A stretch of DNA of 64,000 bases from Catajapyx aquilonaris. Lineage: Eukaryota. Position 1 is the stretch's first letter. The number at the start of each line of letters is the position of its first letter. The position numbers and the translations under genes were made by a program. The stretch is from NCBI GenBank assembly GCA_000934665.2, contig KZ538158.1:1-64000 (forward strand), in the 5' to 3' direction. Under the pieces are notes generated by a model that saw nothing but the letters and a program-made list of their open reading frames with translations, did no database searches and was not told where the DNA came from. Shown in pieces: positions 12,091-23,639 of this stretch.

Positions 12091-15000
12091 AGGGCCGTTT
12101 TTCGGACACGGAAATCTAATGAGGGGCCTCAAAAGCTCGATGACGTCTATGCAAGTAGTGCTTTAAATAGCAACATTTTTACACAATATACACTGGATTG
12201 ATCTTTACGGAGAATAATTTCAGCGATATGCCCACCTCCACAAAAAAGCAAATGTACAAAGTAACAAGGTGCCCAAGCATGACATTTGACTTGATATGTA
12301 ATCATAATTATGGCAGCAAGTTCAGGACATAATCATTAATACGAGATAATATGCAATCATGTTTCACTTAGGATGTCGCATTTTGTTATATTGCATCAGA
12401 CACAACTGCATAGATAAATGAAAGACAAGGGCATCTTCATGTTGGTTATTGTTATATTGTTATTGCATTTATTGGATATATTTTAGTGCGGAATTGTTTA
12501 TACTTCATGCATGTTTCGGGTGTTAATTGCATGTGCATTGTTTACTCAGGCGTGGTAAAGTACACTAGCCTAAGTAACTGAACCAGAACCGGACACTTTT
12601 CTAAGTAATATAAATTTTGACTACGTTCACGTAAAAATGCATTAACAATGTATTTTTATAGTCTGACCTACCACAGGCAATACATATACAGCGTGCTGTT
12701 TCAGAATTTAGCTCACGTCCGTTTCGTTAGAAATGGCGCCGATTATTATTTGCATCTGTCGCCTCAGCTTCATTATATCCGCATCTTACAATATACCACT
12801 CAGAAGATTCTTAAAGGAGCTTTCCATTGTTGTATATCTCATTGTTATATTTGAGGCGACAGGAGGGTGTAGAAAAATGAACGTCTGCGATACTCTCACT
12901 AAAAGGATATGCACTCCTGTTCTGGTGCAAGCGGTACCGTACTTCGGATATAAGTACATTAAACTATGTTCCCCTCATATTGTTTAAAAATCTCCAATAC
13001 AAGTTTTTAGGTCCAGTTCAATAATGATAATGCCTTCACCTGCCTACACTCTGTCAAAGATGACGGCGAATGCATCATACGGTGCGTTGCAATTGCATAT
13101 AGGTTAGAAATTTATCGGGTTTAAATGCATATTGTTTAACATTTACTTAGGAACAGCCGCTTTTAAAGGTTATCATTATCAAAATTAGCTTCGAATATTA
13201 GGTCGCATAGACCCATGATTTTCAACGCCTTGGGATCTAATCTGAACAACATATAATGTTCGATACCAATAACTCTAATGGCTCATTCCCAATAAATTAG
13301 GAAACTTGTTTCAATTCAGAGCTACGATAGATGATTCAATCATCTAATATTAGTGACTGCTACTTTAAATACCTGTTAACCGCTTCAGAATAAGCAACAT
13401 TAGAGCGAAAAATTACCTGACACATTTCCACTGGAACACACAATGTTGACATTCTTTCGTTCTGAACGTTTTGCAGCAATACTTCTATCGAATTGGTACT
13501 ATGTAATAGTCATAAGCAAAATGCAATCTTCGCCATACAATACAGTACCGTATCATGCCAGAAAGTAAGTTTTATCCTGACTCCGAAAGCATCCCTTCAG
13601 CCTCTCTTGTGCTGCGGGAAGGATGGTTTTCAGGGGCAAAGTTCGCTCGATCCAAAGCTCCCAAATATACAGGTGAAGTTAGCAGGTGGGAGAGGTTCAC
13701 GAGGGGTAGGGGTGGAGATTGACTAGTTTAATACAAAAGTGATTTACAGTTATGGACTCACTGGCAGGGCACAGAATGAAAAGGAGTTCGTGCGGGAAAA
13801 AGGACAAAAGATGACCTCTTGTCTTATCCCGATCAACCTTTGCGGGACAGCCAGGTGCTCAACCTGATTGAACCTCTGGTAAATGAGGGGTTTGCACGAA
13901 ATTGGATTACGAATCAAAGGTAAACATTTGAGTCTCCTCTCTATAAATTAAGACGGCAAAATGGCAACTTTTGAATACAAATTTTTGCCAATGTGTGCTT
14001 GCAATAATTGTTGCATGTATACACACAGAGGCTAGCTTAAAGTTATTTGATGTCCCTTTTTTTCAGAATACAACTTATGAAAAAAGCATGCATTTATCAG
14101 AATTTCAGGAATGGAATAAAGTTCCCTTTTTGCCAATAAACGTAAATGAAAAACTGCGAAATGAACAAAAAAAAATCGCAACTTGTTGATATTTCGACGC
14201 TATTGCAGAAGTTTTGCAACAAACACAATATCTGCTGAAGCAGCTTCCAAAGTTTTTGTGTAAAAAGCTACTTTTCACCCTAATTACATTGAACCAATTT
14301 TTTAAACACTAGTAGTTGGAATTCGCTGCAAACAAAACGCCCACAACTTATTGGCTCAAATATGTGAACCCAAAGTATCGAGTGACAATCATAAGTTGAT
14401 TTCAGTAAACGGTATGTTTTCTAATCACGTTACTTCCATGAAATGTTTTGTAAAAAAAAAAATGATAATACTGTCGTACTTGGTGAAAATTCCAGCAATA
14501 TGTGCTGACCCGAACATGCCAAAAAATGGGGGTTGGACTGACCTGTTTGGAGACCACCTGCTGAATAGTGTTGTTGTGTGTTTGTGGAGGGAGTGTCGAA
14601 GGCAGAGTTGCGATTTGGCGGGGTTTGGGTGCAAGTGTGCGGCAAAATTTGATTCCGGGGCGGGTGTTATGCTTGGCGCGGCCTATCTGACGTCACGTGT
14701 CCGACTCTCCAATGGCGCGAGGCTTGATCGAGCCGGATTGATTGCGATGTCGTGTCGAACCTGCGGGCTTTGAGCTATATGGCTGCCACTGCTGCAAATG
14801 CTGCTGGAGCATCAGATATGTACAGCATCAGCAGGGGGATGATGGTGATGGTGGTACCCATGAATGCTATTTTGGCCCCGGATATACCCATTGGTGTGGG
14901 GAGCGAATTTATTTTTTTTCTAATGGAGGATAAGTGGCGGAGAGTAACATGACCACAGGGTATCGATTGCAGGTTATGGGGGGGCCAAAATGTGGGTATG

Positions 15001-16212
15001 GGATGCACTTGTGAAATAGTGGACTTATGTCAAGTTTGATCAGTTTGCCTAACTCATCAGTATGTTGCAAATGTTCGCAGGGAAATATTAAGAAGCCTAA
15101 CCATTCTTTTTGCGCATGATGATATTGACAAATGCATTTTAGTTATGCACGATAACTAAAACCTGCTTACAAAAATTGTAAGTTTAAATAAACAGCCAGA
15201 AATGTTCCAGCACTTACCAGTTCACTTCTTGTTAAGCAATTTGAAAATTGTTTCGTATTACTCATTTAATATTAATTGAAAATCATGGTAGAAGCAGGTG
15301 AATGCCACCTTGCATTTGAGGCGTAGAGTAGTTCCTAAATTGGCGAAAAATTAGAATATGCACTGATGTACCTGATCTTTCTAAAAGTACAGTAAAATGT
15401 AATAATAGAACACTAAAATAACGTGTACAATAATGCCTTTTTTCTGCAGGTTTTAAGGTAAAAACTGAATCGAACTCGATGGAATTACTTACGCATTACG
15501 TATGAACCTACATGTAAGTTAATTATAATTGCATGTAGTTTTGTTATATGTATACATTTTTTATTTTTTATTTTTTATTTTATGTATACATAATGTCAGA
15601 GGTAAATACCGGATATTCTATGCGTTGTGGTTAATTAAGCTGACACCTTTTCTTACCAACATTCTGCAAAGAAGATGGAGACTAATGGTGCTTAGATAGC
15701 AAGGATACTGTAAATGCATAAAATTGATTATAGATTATGAATATATTAACATGACGGTCTCTCAAGAAATATTAGAAATACGTATAAGTTATTGCCTGTA
15801 GCATATTATAAAGTTTTTTCCGCTCCACTTGCTGCACAGGGATTCGCTCAACATTCGGTATACAGTCATGAGGCATTATTTATACAGCAAATGCGGACCA
15901 ACAAAACAGAAGTGGCACTTTAAACGCATGATCCAACTCACCCCTCGACCGATGATCCTATTCACTCCAAACATGTCCATCACATTTGCTGCACTAACCC
16001 TGACTCAGCACACGAGAGTAATAGCACAAAAATTAAATTGCACACACGGGCATGACATGCATCAATAACCACATGATCCAGACCCCCTATGAATCCAAAA
16101 TACCACCCCAGCAGACCTGAATATTTAAAATCATGTAGATAAATATATACATACAGTAATTATTATCTTTCTATGGAGGCGCCACAAATTTATTTTACCT
16201 TAATATACTGTA

Positions 16213-16382
16213 CCTTAAAACGGGGTGAGATTGTGCCACCTCATTTTTTGGACAACAGTGGCAGCAGTCGTAAACTAGCGAATTTAGGCATGTTTCATTA
16301 CATTGAAAGATGATCAAGGTTGACAATGATGAGTAAAATTCACGTACTGTTGCGCTGGCACAATCTCGCCCCGTCTTACGGG
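16213..16382. mobile_element. MITE, Tc1/pogo-like, TA-flanked
   Basis: CCTTAAAACGGGGTGAGATTGTGCCA / TGGCACAATCTCGCCCCGTCTTACGG. Confidence 0.7.
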
Positions 16383-16449
16383 TAACAAGTATGCAAATAT
16401 CGCAAACACCAGCAGAGAACTGGGATTACATTTTATTTCATTTCATGGG

Positions 16450-18400
16450 GGTACTTATCGCATAATCAGACCCACAATCTCATGTGATGGTGGTTGTGTC
16501 AACAATCTAAAACTGGATTTGCTCATGGAGTTACCGGACACCTGTAATGAAACTAGCCGAGTGTACAAGTAGTGAGCAACATGATCCAATGTGTATAAAG
16601 AGAAGTAGGCGTGACCTCCCTCAGCACAGGTAAGCTGAGAGGCAGCCGACTTTGTCCCAGAATCGATTTGGAAGCCCTGTGGTTGGCTGCCAGGGTTGCT
16701 TCGGGGCGGGGCACCACTGCGGGGTATATACCCTACAAAAAGAGGAATATTATCGAGAGAGTGGTATATATATGAGGGGGGCAAAACGCGGCTGTTAACC
16801 TTTCATTGGCTTGTGTAAACGTCCCGAATGTAATCCCCAAACAAATCCGATAATCCCATCAACTCGGCCAGTGTCCACCCGGCCACGATTGTGCTCACAC
16901 ACATTCCAGCACAGAGCATGACACACCCCTTCCGGTGTGCAAGGTGCAACATGCACTGCATGTATGTAATATGTGCCTGAAGGCAATGGGCAGGGGGTTG
17001 TGGTCAGAGGGTATGGGGATGTGGGAACATGTCCAGCTGGCACTCTCTGTAGCAGTGTGTATATACACACCCAGGCAGCAGTAGGGAGAGACGCATCCCT
17101 TGGCCATGTCGCGGCTAATGGGGCCTGATGGGGATCCCATGTTCTGACCGAAATTTGTTTATGGAGGGTCGCGGAATCCTGAGAAAGTCGCAAGGTGCCG
17201 GCCACGCTCGACATGCCGATGTCTTTCCAACCCTCAAGGCTGCTGGGGAGGTCCACACGGAGACTGTCGTTTGTCGTTAGGTCGCTGTCGGTGAAGTGGT
17301 AGTGTCCTGAGCTCAGCAACTCCCCAGCAAGCTGACTTTTGGGCGGTCTGGGTGTGACCCAAGTGCCCCTGTGGTTTGGTGTGGCAAGGCTAGGGGTCCC
17401 ATTGACCCGTCAGACCCAGCTGACGAAGACCCTTTTTGTGCCAATGGCAGCAGCACCACCCCGAAAACGGAAAAGCGGGGGGGACCAAAGCACCGGCAAA
17501 CAGAGTCAATATCGCGCGAGCGAAGAGGCCGAAACGTTAATGGATGTTTCCAGTTCAACTTATAAGGGCAGTGCTTTTTGGAGCTGCCTGAGAGAGAGAG
17601 AGACTATGCAAGTCGCTTGGTAAACAAACTCTGCCGCTTCTCTCTCGCTCTCTCTTTTTTTGATAGTAAGCCATAGCTGGGGTTCTATTCAACCGCCGAC
17701 TGGGCTTTTCAGTGGCACAAGTGTTTCCACTCTGCATCAGACACTTGTCGGATCGATGCAGGCTCGGTTTGCTACTTCCGGTGCCGGTAGATAATGCTTA
17801 ATCTGGTGGGGGAACCCTGCATCATTGTGGTAAATCAAACAAGAAGATGGGGTAAATATTGTTGGAGCAATTCTGATGATGGATATACAAAAGTGTGGAA
17901 GCGAATTAATCCACTGATGAAAATTATGTTGGAGGAAGCTGCCAATCGCAGTATATGAGAAAGTTACTGAAAATGCCCGAAGCTTGGACATGGTGGTGTC
18001 AGAGAGTGGAAGTGTCCAGAGGGCAGTCCAGAAACTAACTCCCTTCCGCTGCTGGACACTCGACAGGGTGAGAGGAGCCCCCCCTTCTCTTGCACTTCTC
18101 TCTTTTTGTCCAACACGAGCCTGGCCCCAAAGGGTTCAAGGGAGCTTAGTGTTGGACCTTTTCAAGTTTTTATTTGGGCTTTTTTCCGTGGAGGAAGTGG
18201 CAGTTTCCTCCCCCGACTCTGCTGGGATGGACAAGGGAAACGTAAAAGCCTGCGCTTGTCTGGGGTGCGGATGGACCAAGGGCAGCGGGGCCTCGGGGCA
18301 AAGCTTCGTGTTACAAACTCGCTCTGTTTGAGGGGCCAACGAAAGACGAGAGTTTCTAACAGCGTTTTAGAAAAATACAGTTGCGTGACGGATTGCATTA
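16450..18400 (-). mobile_element. Decayed Penelope-like retroelement RT, probably two tandem fragments
   Basis: GC-rich island with frameshifted motifs in PLE RT order: ADKGG-like (~18090), PSGHF (~18020), FDLPQ/GFP (~17830); then LSSGHYHFTDSDLT (~17300), LHK..GIPIRP (~17140), VCIYT, GV.M and YHSLDNI (YVDDI-like, ~16760). Matches are weak and by eye. Confidence 0.45.
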
Positions 18401-18932
18401 GCTATAGATGTGCTTGGTGAGACGGTTTTTTTTTCAAACATGTGGTCCTGGAAGATGGAATAATTATGTAGTGGAAATCATGACCAAATAGTGGCCAGAA
18501 TAAAATATGCAAGTAATTACTCTCGAGGAATTTTCATGGACAGGTGTCGCATTTTTCTTGGAAAATGTCTCCTCAAGTTTACTGACGAGAAGTGTGTATG
18601 CCTCTTGAAAGTCCACAATGCACAATATGTACAAACACTTTATTTTCCATGCAAAGAACAGTACTTCCAACCAGTCCAGTCATCATGATGATATGATATA
18701 TTATACAGATCTAATATGAGACACTGAGTAAATGCCGTGTAGTGGGAAAAATCACTTGCACACCATACATAATGCCAAACCTGACTCAAACTCCCAACAG
18801 CATTGGTTCCTAATATTACAAATATTACAAATGACTATTTGCCTACAGACTACATAATCTCAATGACCTAAAATTTTTCCAAAAATAAGTATCACATTTA
18901 CACCCCCTAAAATAAATCAAATAAAATGTACT

Positions 18933-18938
18933 TTTATT
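18933..18938 (-). promoter_or_regulatory. Candidate polyadenylation signal of GALNT11
   Basis: AATAAA on the minus strand ~185 nt after the stop codon at 19124. Confidence 0.45.
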
Positions 18939-19123
18939 TTGAGGTTTTTTCAGGTTGTAAAAAGTAATATCGTGACTAGAGCTGATTCATGACAGATGAG
19001 TAGCTGCATGACATTACTATAAGAATGAGTAAAAGTCTTGTGTCCAGGAAGACCCAAAATGAGCTGCAAAAGGGGGGGAGGACAAAAGGAACACAGTCGT
19101 TTAAAAATCATAAAATGGAAGGA

Positions 19124-19264
19124 CTACTTGGGATTCAGGTAAACAAGGTCCCATCGAATGTTGTCAGGCTTGGAGCATAGTTCCATCGTGACATGAGCAT
19201 TTTCTGAAGGTTTCATCACGCCGAGGCACATTCCAGCTGCTATGTTGTAAATTGGACTCTCAAA
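19124..19264 (-). CDS. GALNT11: GALNT11-like, coding exon 8 (end of ricin-B lectin domain, stop)
   Basis: cacag|FESPIYNIAAGMCLGVMKPSENAHVTMELCSKPDNIRWDLVYLNPK*; phase 0. Confidence 0.9.
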   Translation of the reverse strand, partial: FESPIYNIAAGMCLGVMKPSENAHVTMELCSKPDNIRWDLVYLNPK

Positions 19265-19346
19265 CTGTGGATCGTTCAGGAAATATAAAGAACATGACAG
19301 ACACTGCTGGTTACATATCATGTTTGTGCATTTACACTCCACATAC

Positions 19347-19478
19347 CTGGTCTTTATGTCGCCACTCCTGACTGTCACCCATCTCGTGACATTTAGACAG
19401 TTTGGGATACTTGGGCCCAGCATCCAGGCACAGAACTTGACCCAACACTAGTTCATGTTTGTCAGTCTCATACCAGTA
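19347..19478 (-). CDS. GALNT11: GALNT11-like, coding exon 7 (lectin domain)
   Basis: tttag|YWYETDKHELVLGQVLCLDAGPKYPKLSKCHEMGDSQEWRHKDQ|gtatgt; CLD and QxW ricin motifs. Confidence 0.92.
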
Positions 19479-19572
19479 CTAAAAGGAATGAAACAACCAT
19501 GAAAGTGACATCTCTTTCCATTATGCCCTTACTCTCAACTCAATAGATGAATTAATCTCAATATTTCCCCAC

Positions 19573-20085
19573 CTGCGATTTGACTCGCATACACTTCTTG
19601 AGCATCAGCCTCGACCCCTTGCTGGTGACATCCTTCTCACTCTGTACACACCACTTGGTCCCAGACAGCTTTACCTGGTACTCTGCTATGTAGTTTCTCT
19701 GCCGCAGATGCCATGGCCTGAACTGCTGGCCACTATCTTTCTTTCCACCCTCCCCACCCTTCTTCCCTTTGCCTGCCCCATCTCCTCCTGTAGGAGGCCC
19801 CAGCTCTGGATAGACATTTGTGAGATACCACTCAAAGGTGTGACACTTGAGTCTCTCCCGAAGCCTCATCCTCTCCTCCACATCCCCATAGCGGACATTC
19901 TTCGCATCTGGACGGATCCGGAAAAAGTAATCCTTGTAGTTGTCCATCCAGACATGGGCCACCCGAAGTGCATTCTTTGTGGTTGTGTCTTCTCCAGTTG
20001 GAGAACCATATGGTCGACGGCGACGGAACACGTGGCCCACACGAGAGCATGGAGCAATTGCTAGGCTTCCTCCACACATCCAGAT
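19573..20085 (-). CDS. GALNT11: GALNT11-like, coding exon 6
   Basis: cag|IWMCGGSLAIAPCSRVGHVFRRRRPYGSPTGEDT...WYLTNVYPEL...KKCMRVKSQ|gtgggg; 513 nt, phase 0/0. Confidence 0.95.
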
Positions 20086-20495
20086 CTGATAGAAAATTGA
20101 AAAGGGAGAAATGTTGTTTAAAAATAAATAAATAATAAAATTGCCTGCAAAAATAGCATTTTGCCAATCTGAAAATATCCAGGTGAAGCCACCCTTCAAT
20201 ATTCATTTGTCTCCCCATAAAGCCACATCAAAATACTTTGGACATGATCCTAACATACCATCCATTAATCCATACGGTACCACAGAGACAGTTCGATGAG
20301 GGGAACTGCATGAGCAGCAACAGAAATAGAGGTAACTTCATGTACAGTACATGTACTGCTACAGTTAAATACAGGAATATTTGCTAAACAACATTTGCAT
20401 GATGTTCAGATCATCAAGGGGGCATTTTTTGACACAATTTGAGGAAAGCACTTATTAGAATTAATTCTTTTTCCATTAAGAATTTTTGACATGTA

Positions 20496-20656
20496 CAGTT
20501 GGTTAAAGAAGTATCTTTCTACACCAGGCTGAGAAATTAGCCTCTAACAGAAGTGATGCCTCCCCCTGATGCAATGATTCACGCTCCCCCAGGCAGCACC
20601 TCTGTTGGAGGCTAATTTCTCGGCCTGGTGTAGAACGACACTCCTTTAACTGACTC
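20496..20656. mobile_element. Palindromic Tc1/mariner-type MITE in a GALNT11 intron
   Basis: TA|CAGTTGGTTAAAGAAGT..CTACACCAGGCTGAGAAATTAGCCTC / GAGGCTAATTTCTCGGCCTGGTGTAG..CTTTAACTGACTC|TA. Confidence 0.8.
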
Positions 20657-21149
20657 TACCGGTACTTACTATGCATTTAGGCTATTCTTGTTCTTGAGAA
20701 TATTCACACCAGTAGTGTCATGTTATTCAATTTTAATGCAAAGCTGCAGTGTAAAATGACAATTTTATTACTAAAGTAATTCGATAGCAAATACTAAATT
20801 GTGAAATGCTGCTTCATACAGCATAAAGTAAACAAAAAAAAAATTGATTTCATGTTGAACCAATAAACCAGAATAAATAATTAAGAAGCTCTGAATATAA
20901 TTATTATGGCACAGGTGACAAGCATTTGAAATGCTTTTAGCATTCAATCAATGTTGTGCATTGCTGTGTACTGTATAAATTTCTCATGTTGATAAATGAT
21001 CATAATTACTAAAAGTTGAAGGTGCGTGTCATCATAATACTGCCTTTACCTACCCTAACCCGATCAGGGTTATGTAGTTATTATTCCTTCGTTGACCGTC
21101 GCATTTTTGCAATGGTGCTTTGGCATTTCTTGTAGCATCCTCCTATTGC

Positions 21150-21630
21150 AGAAGATGATATGGATTTTCAACTTCATCAATGTCGATTGAGGTCATCACT
21201 GAGGTCTATAATATATCTGCCATGTTGCAAGGTATCATACCACTAATCCCACTGCATTTGCCTTCAAGACATCTCATCCCATGCTTATCACAAAAACATT
21301 CGGCTGATGGAATTCTCACCCAACATGCAGTATCGTTTCATCCCAGCGACAGTTTGCCTGAAGACATTTTGCCAATCTGAAACTGCAGAATATGTTGGTA
21401 CTATACCTCTCTATATTTTGCCAAACTTGTGCAGCAACACAGAGCTATGAACCTATGGATGCATGGTGATGGTGGGAACAGGAGTGGAAAATGCTTGGAA
21501 CTGTTACATACCATATGAAACCGGTGAGAAGGAAGCACTTTTGTTTTGATGGAGTCTGATAGTCCGGGCAGCGTGAGCCTGCTGGCCCAGATATCTTTCC
21601 CACTACCTTTACTTGTGTATGATCAGGCGG
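21150..21630 (-). mobile_element. Decayed Academ-like C-terminal relic (XPG-type nuclease plus Cys-rich tail)
   Basis: Frameshifted VKVVGK, PPS..HS..QVWQ and CFCDKHGMRCLEGKCSGISGMIPCN, then an acidic DIDEVENP tail whose DNA resembles 24232-24275. Confidence 0.45.
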
Positions 21631-21838
21631 CACAGTTAAGATTATATTCTGATGGACAAAAAAGGTATGCCAGAGAGAATTACGTCAGATAAGATACTAT
21701 CTTCGGGTAAAATACTGTATAGTGGGGCAAGATTTCTCTGAAAGAAAATGGTCTGTGAGTACAGTAAAACTTCTTTCAATCTCCATGGGACCGGAAAAAA
21801 AACTTCGTGTTAGAGAAGTTAGGAATTTTTTAAGCACA

Positions 21839-22212
21839 TCTATATATCTATATAAATAAATAAAGCCGTTTGTGAGTCTGTCTGTCTGTCCTCCTGCCAA
21901 CCGTCATTTGCCTCCCATCTGTGGTCCGGGTGGGAAGGACGGGAGGGGTTGCATCTGAGGTGGGATTAGAGTAGATCCAGATTGTGAGAAGGTGGGGGGA
22001 GGGAGCGCCGGAGAGGAGCTATTGTTCTCCGGAGGCTTAATGAGGAGCAGATGGACAAGGTGGCACGTGCAAAAGTAGACTTTTTGCCGAGTCCAAAACG
22101 GCTGGGAAAACTGTCATGGCGGCTCTCTGTGGGTGAAAATTTTGACGGGGCTACTGGCAGGTGTTTTCCCTTCATTCATTTCTTCCCGGGCAACGCCGGG
22201 TGCCGCAGCTAG
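21839..22212 (+). mobile_element. Non-autonomous Helitron
   Basis: 5' A|TCTATATATCTATATAAA with a (GTCT)n run; 3' hairpin CCCGGGCAACGCCGGG followed by CTAG. The next base is G rather than the canonical T. Confidence 0.75.
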
Positions 22213-22694
22213 GAACTCAATAAGGACCTTCATATCCATCATCGAAAGATGTTCAAAACTTATAAATAACTGTCACTATCACAATACAATGTTCCTCATT
22301 GTTTTGTTGCAAGAGAAATCTCCATTATGGACATTTGCCTACTTTTACACCGGCTCTCACTCTTAATAAAGGATTCAATTGTCACAATCGAGTCAAACAC
22401 GTCTTCGGTACATCTGGTTGCAAGTCATTACTGGCAGATGGAGATCAGGAAAGAGCCTTTCTGTGCATGTGGCCTACTCTCGACCCTTCCACAGGGAAGT
22501 GACCAAATTTTCCTTACTCAGCAACATGAACTTGGACTTAGGGAGACTGAAAATGCATTGACATCCCGTCGTAAGGCCCTGCCAGCACTTCGAGTTATGG
22601 AGAACTTCGAGTTATAGAAATTCGAGTTAGGGAAGGTTATTTTCTATTCTTTTACATTGTGACCAACCAAGCTCGTAATTTTATTCAACTTATA

Positions 22695-23587
22695 CAGGGT
22701 GTATCAGAGTCACAGGTCAAGCGCGCGCGAGGGGGTGAGGAAAAATCGTAGGTGGCGACAACCCCGGTCGGTTTTATAAAACAATTAGAAATACGGCAGC
22801 AATCAATTTATTTATTACGGCCTATGGCGTCACGTCACATCCTTTCTGTATTCGAATTGACCCCTGCGGACTGGCAAATGCAAGGCAAATGCTTTCTGTT
22901 GAACCTGGTTGAACGGGTATTTAGCCTTGCGGGTTACACTGCAAAAGGCGCTCTCATGCTACACCCGCAGGGTACTGTGCAACGTAGTGTACTACTGTAC
23001 AGTGGTGTGTTCAGTGTCCTGCCAGTGTAGCATGAGAGCGCCTTTTTCAGTGCAACTCGCAAGACTAAAAACCCGTTCAACCAGGTTCAACAGAAAGAAT
23101 TTGCCTTGATTTGCCAGTCCGCAGGGGTCAATTCGAATACAGAAAGGATGTGACGTCAAGCCGTAGGCCGTAATAAATAAATTGATTACACCGAAGCAGG
23201 TTGGCATAGTGGATAAGGCATCCGACTGCTAATCGGGAGGTCCTGGGTTCGAATCCCGGGGCCGGCAACTCCGACCGTGGTTTTCTGTGGTTTCCCACGG
23301 TCCTTCCAGGGAAATTCCAGAGTTGCTGCCGTAATTAATAGACCAAAGCCGCTTCCTTCCGTCCCTATCCTATCCCAAAGAGCACAGTAAAATGAAAGCT
23401 AAGAGTTCCAGGCAAAACAAACTTCCCCCCTAAAGAGCCAATGGCTGATAACGGGGTATGAATTATTATTTTATTTTATTATAAATAAATTGATTACTGC
23501 GTATTTCTAATTATTTTATAAAAACCGACCGGGGTTGTCGTCACCTACGATTTTTCCCCTCGCGCGCACTTGACCTGATACACCCTG
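22695..23587. mobile_element. Fully palindromic Tc1/mariner-type MITE (~290 bp arms), interrupted by a SINE
   Basis: TA|CAGGGTGTATCAG ... CTGATACACCCTG|TA; arms are reverse complements up to a centre near 22990. Confidence 0.92.
23190..23480 (+). mobile_element. tRNA-derived SINE, family B, with 17-bp TSD
   Basis: A box TGGCATAGTGG, B box GTTCGAATCC; body GGTTTTCTGTGGTTTCCC..CCGCTTCCTTCC; TSD ATAAATAAATTGATTAC at 23173-23189 and 23481-23497. Confidence 0.93.
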
Positions 23588-23639
23588 TAGAGAACTTCGA
23601 CTTACGGAAGTTCGACTTATAGAAGTTTTACTGTATTAT

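Larger units (their letters stand above)
21762..23633. mobile_element. pogo/Tigger-like non-autonomous element hosting nested insertions
   Basis: TA|CAGTAAAACTTCT ... AGAAGTTTTACTG|TA perfect 13-bp TIR; repeated TTCGA(C/G)TTA subterminal motifs that rejoin cleanly when 22695-23587 is removed. Confidence 0.85.

Noticed and set aside
22585..22635. CRISPR-like short repeats (TTCGAGTTA)
   Set aside because: These are subterminal repeats of the pogo-like element, with no unique spacers or cas genes, in a eukaryotic context.
22752..23207. Mirror-image ORFs with repeated FLLNLVERVFSLA
   Set aside because: Produced by the MITE palindrome, not by coding.
23195..23270. tRNA gene (GCT anticodon-like loop, intact T arm)
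   Set aside because: Acceptor stem is broken and it continues into a SINE body bounded by a TSD; the same applies to the heads at 1519, 30465 and 37275.
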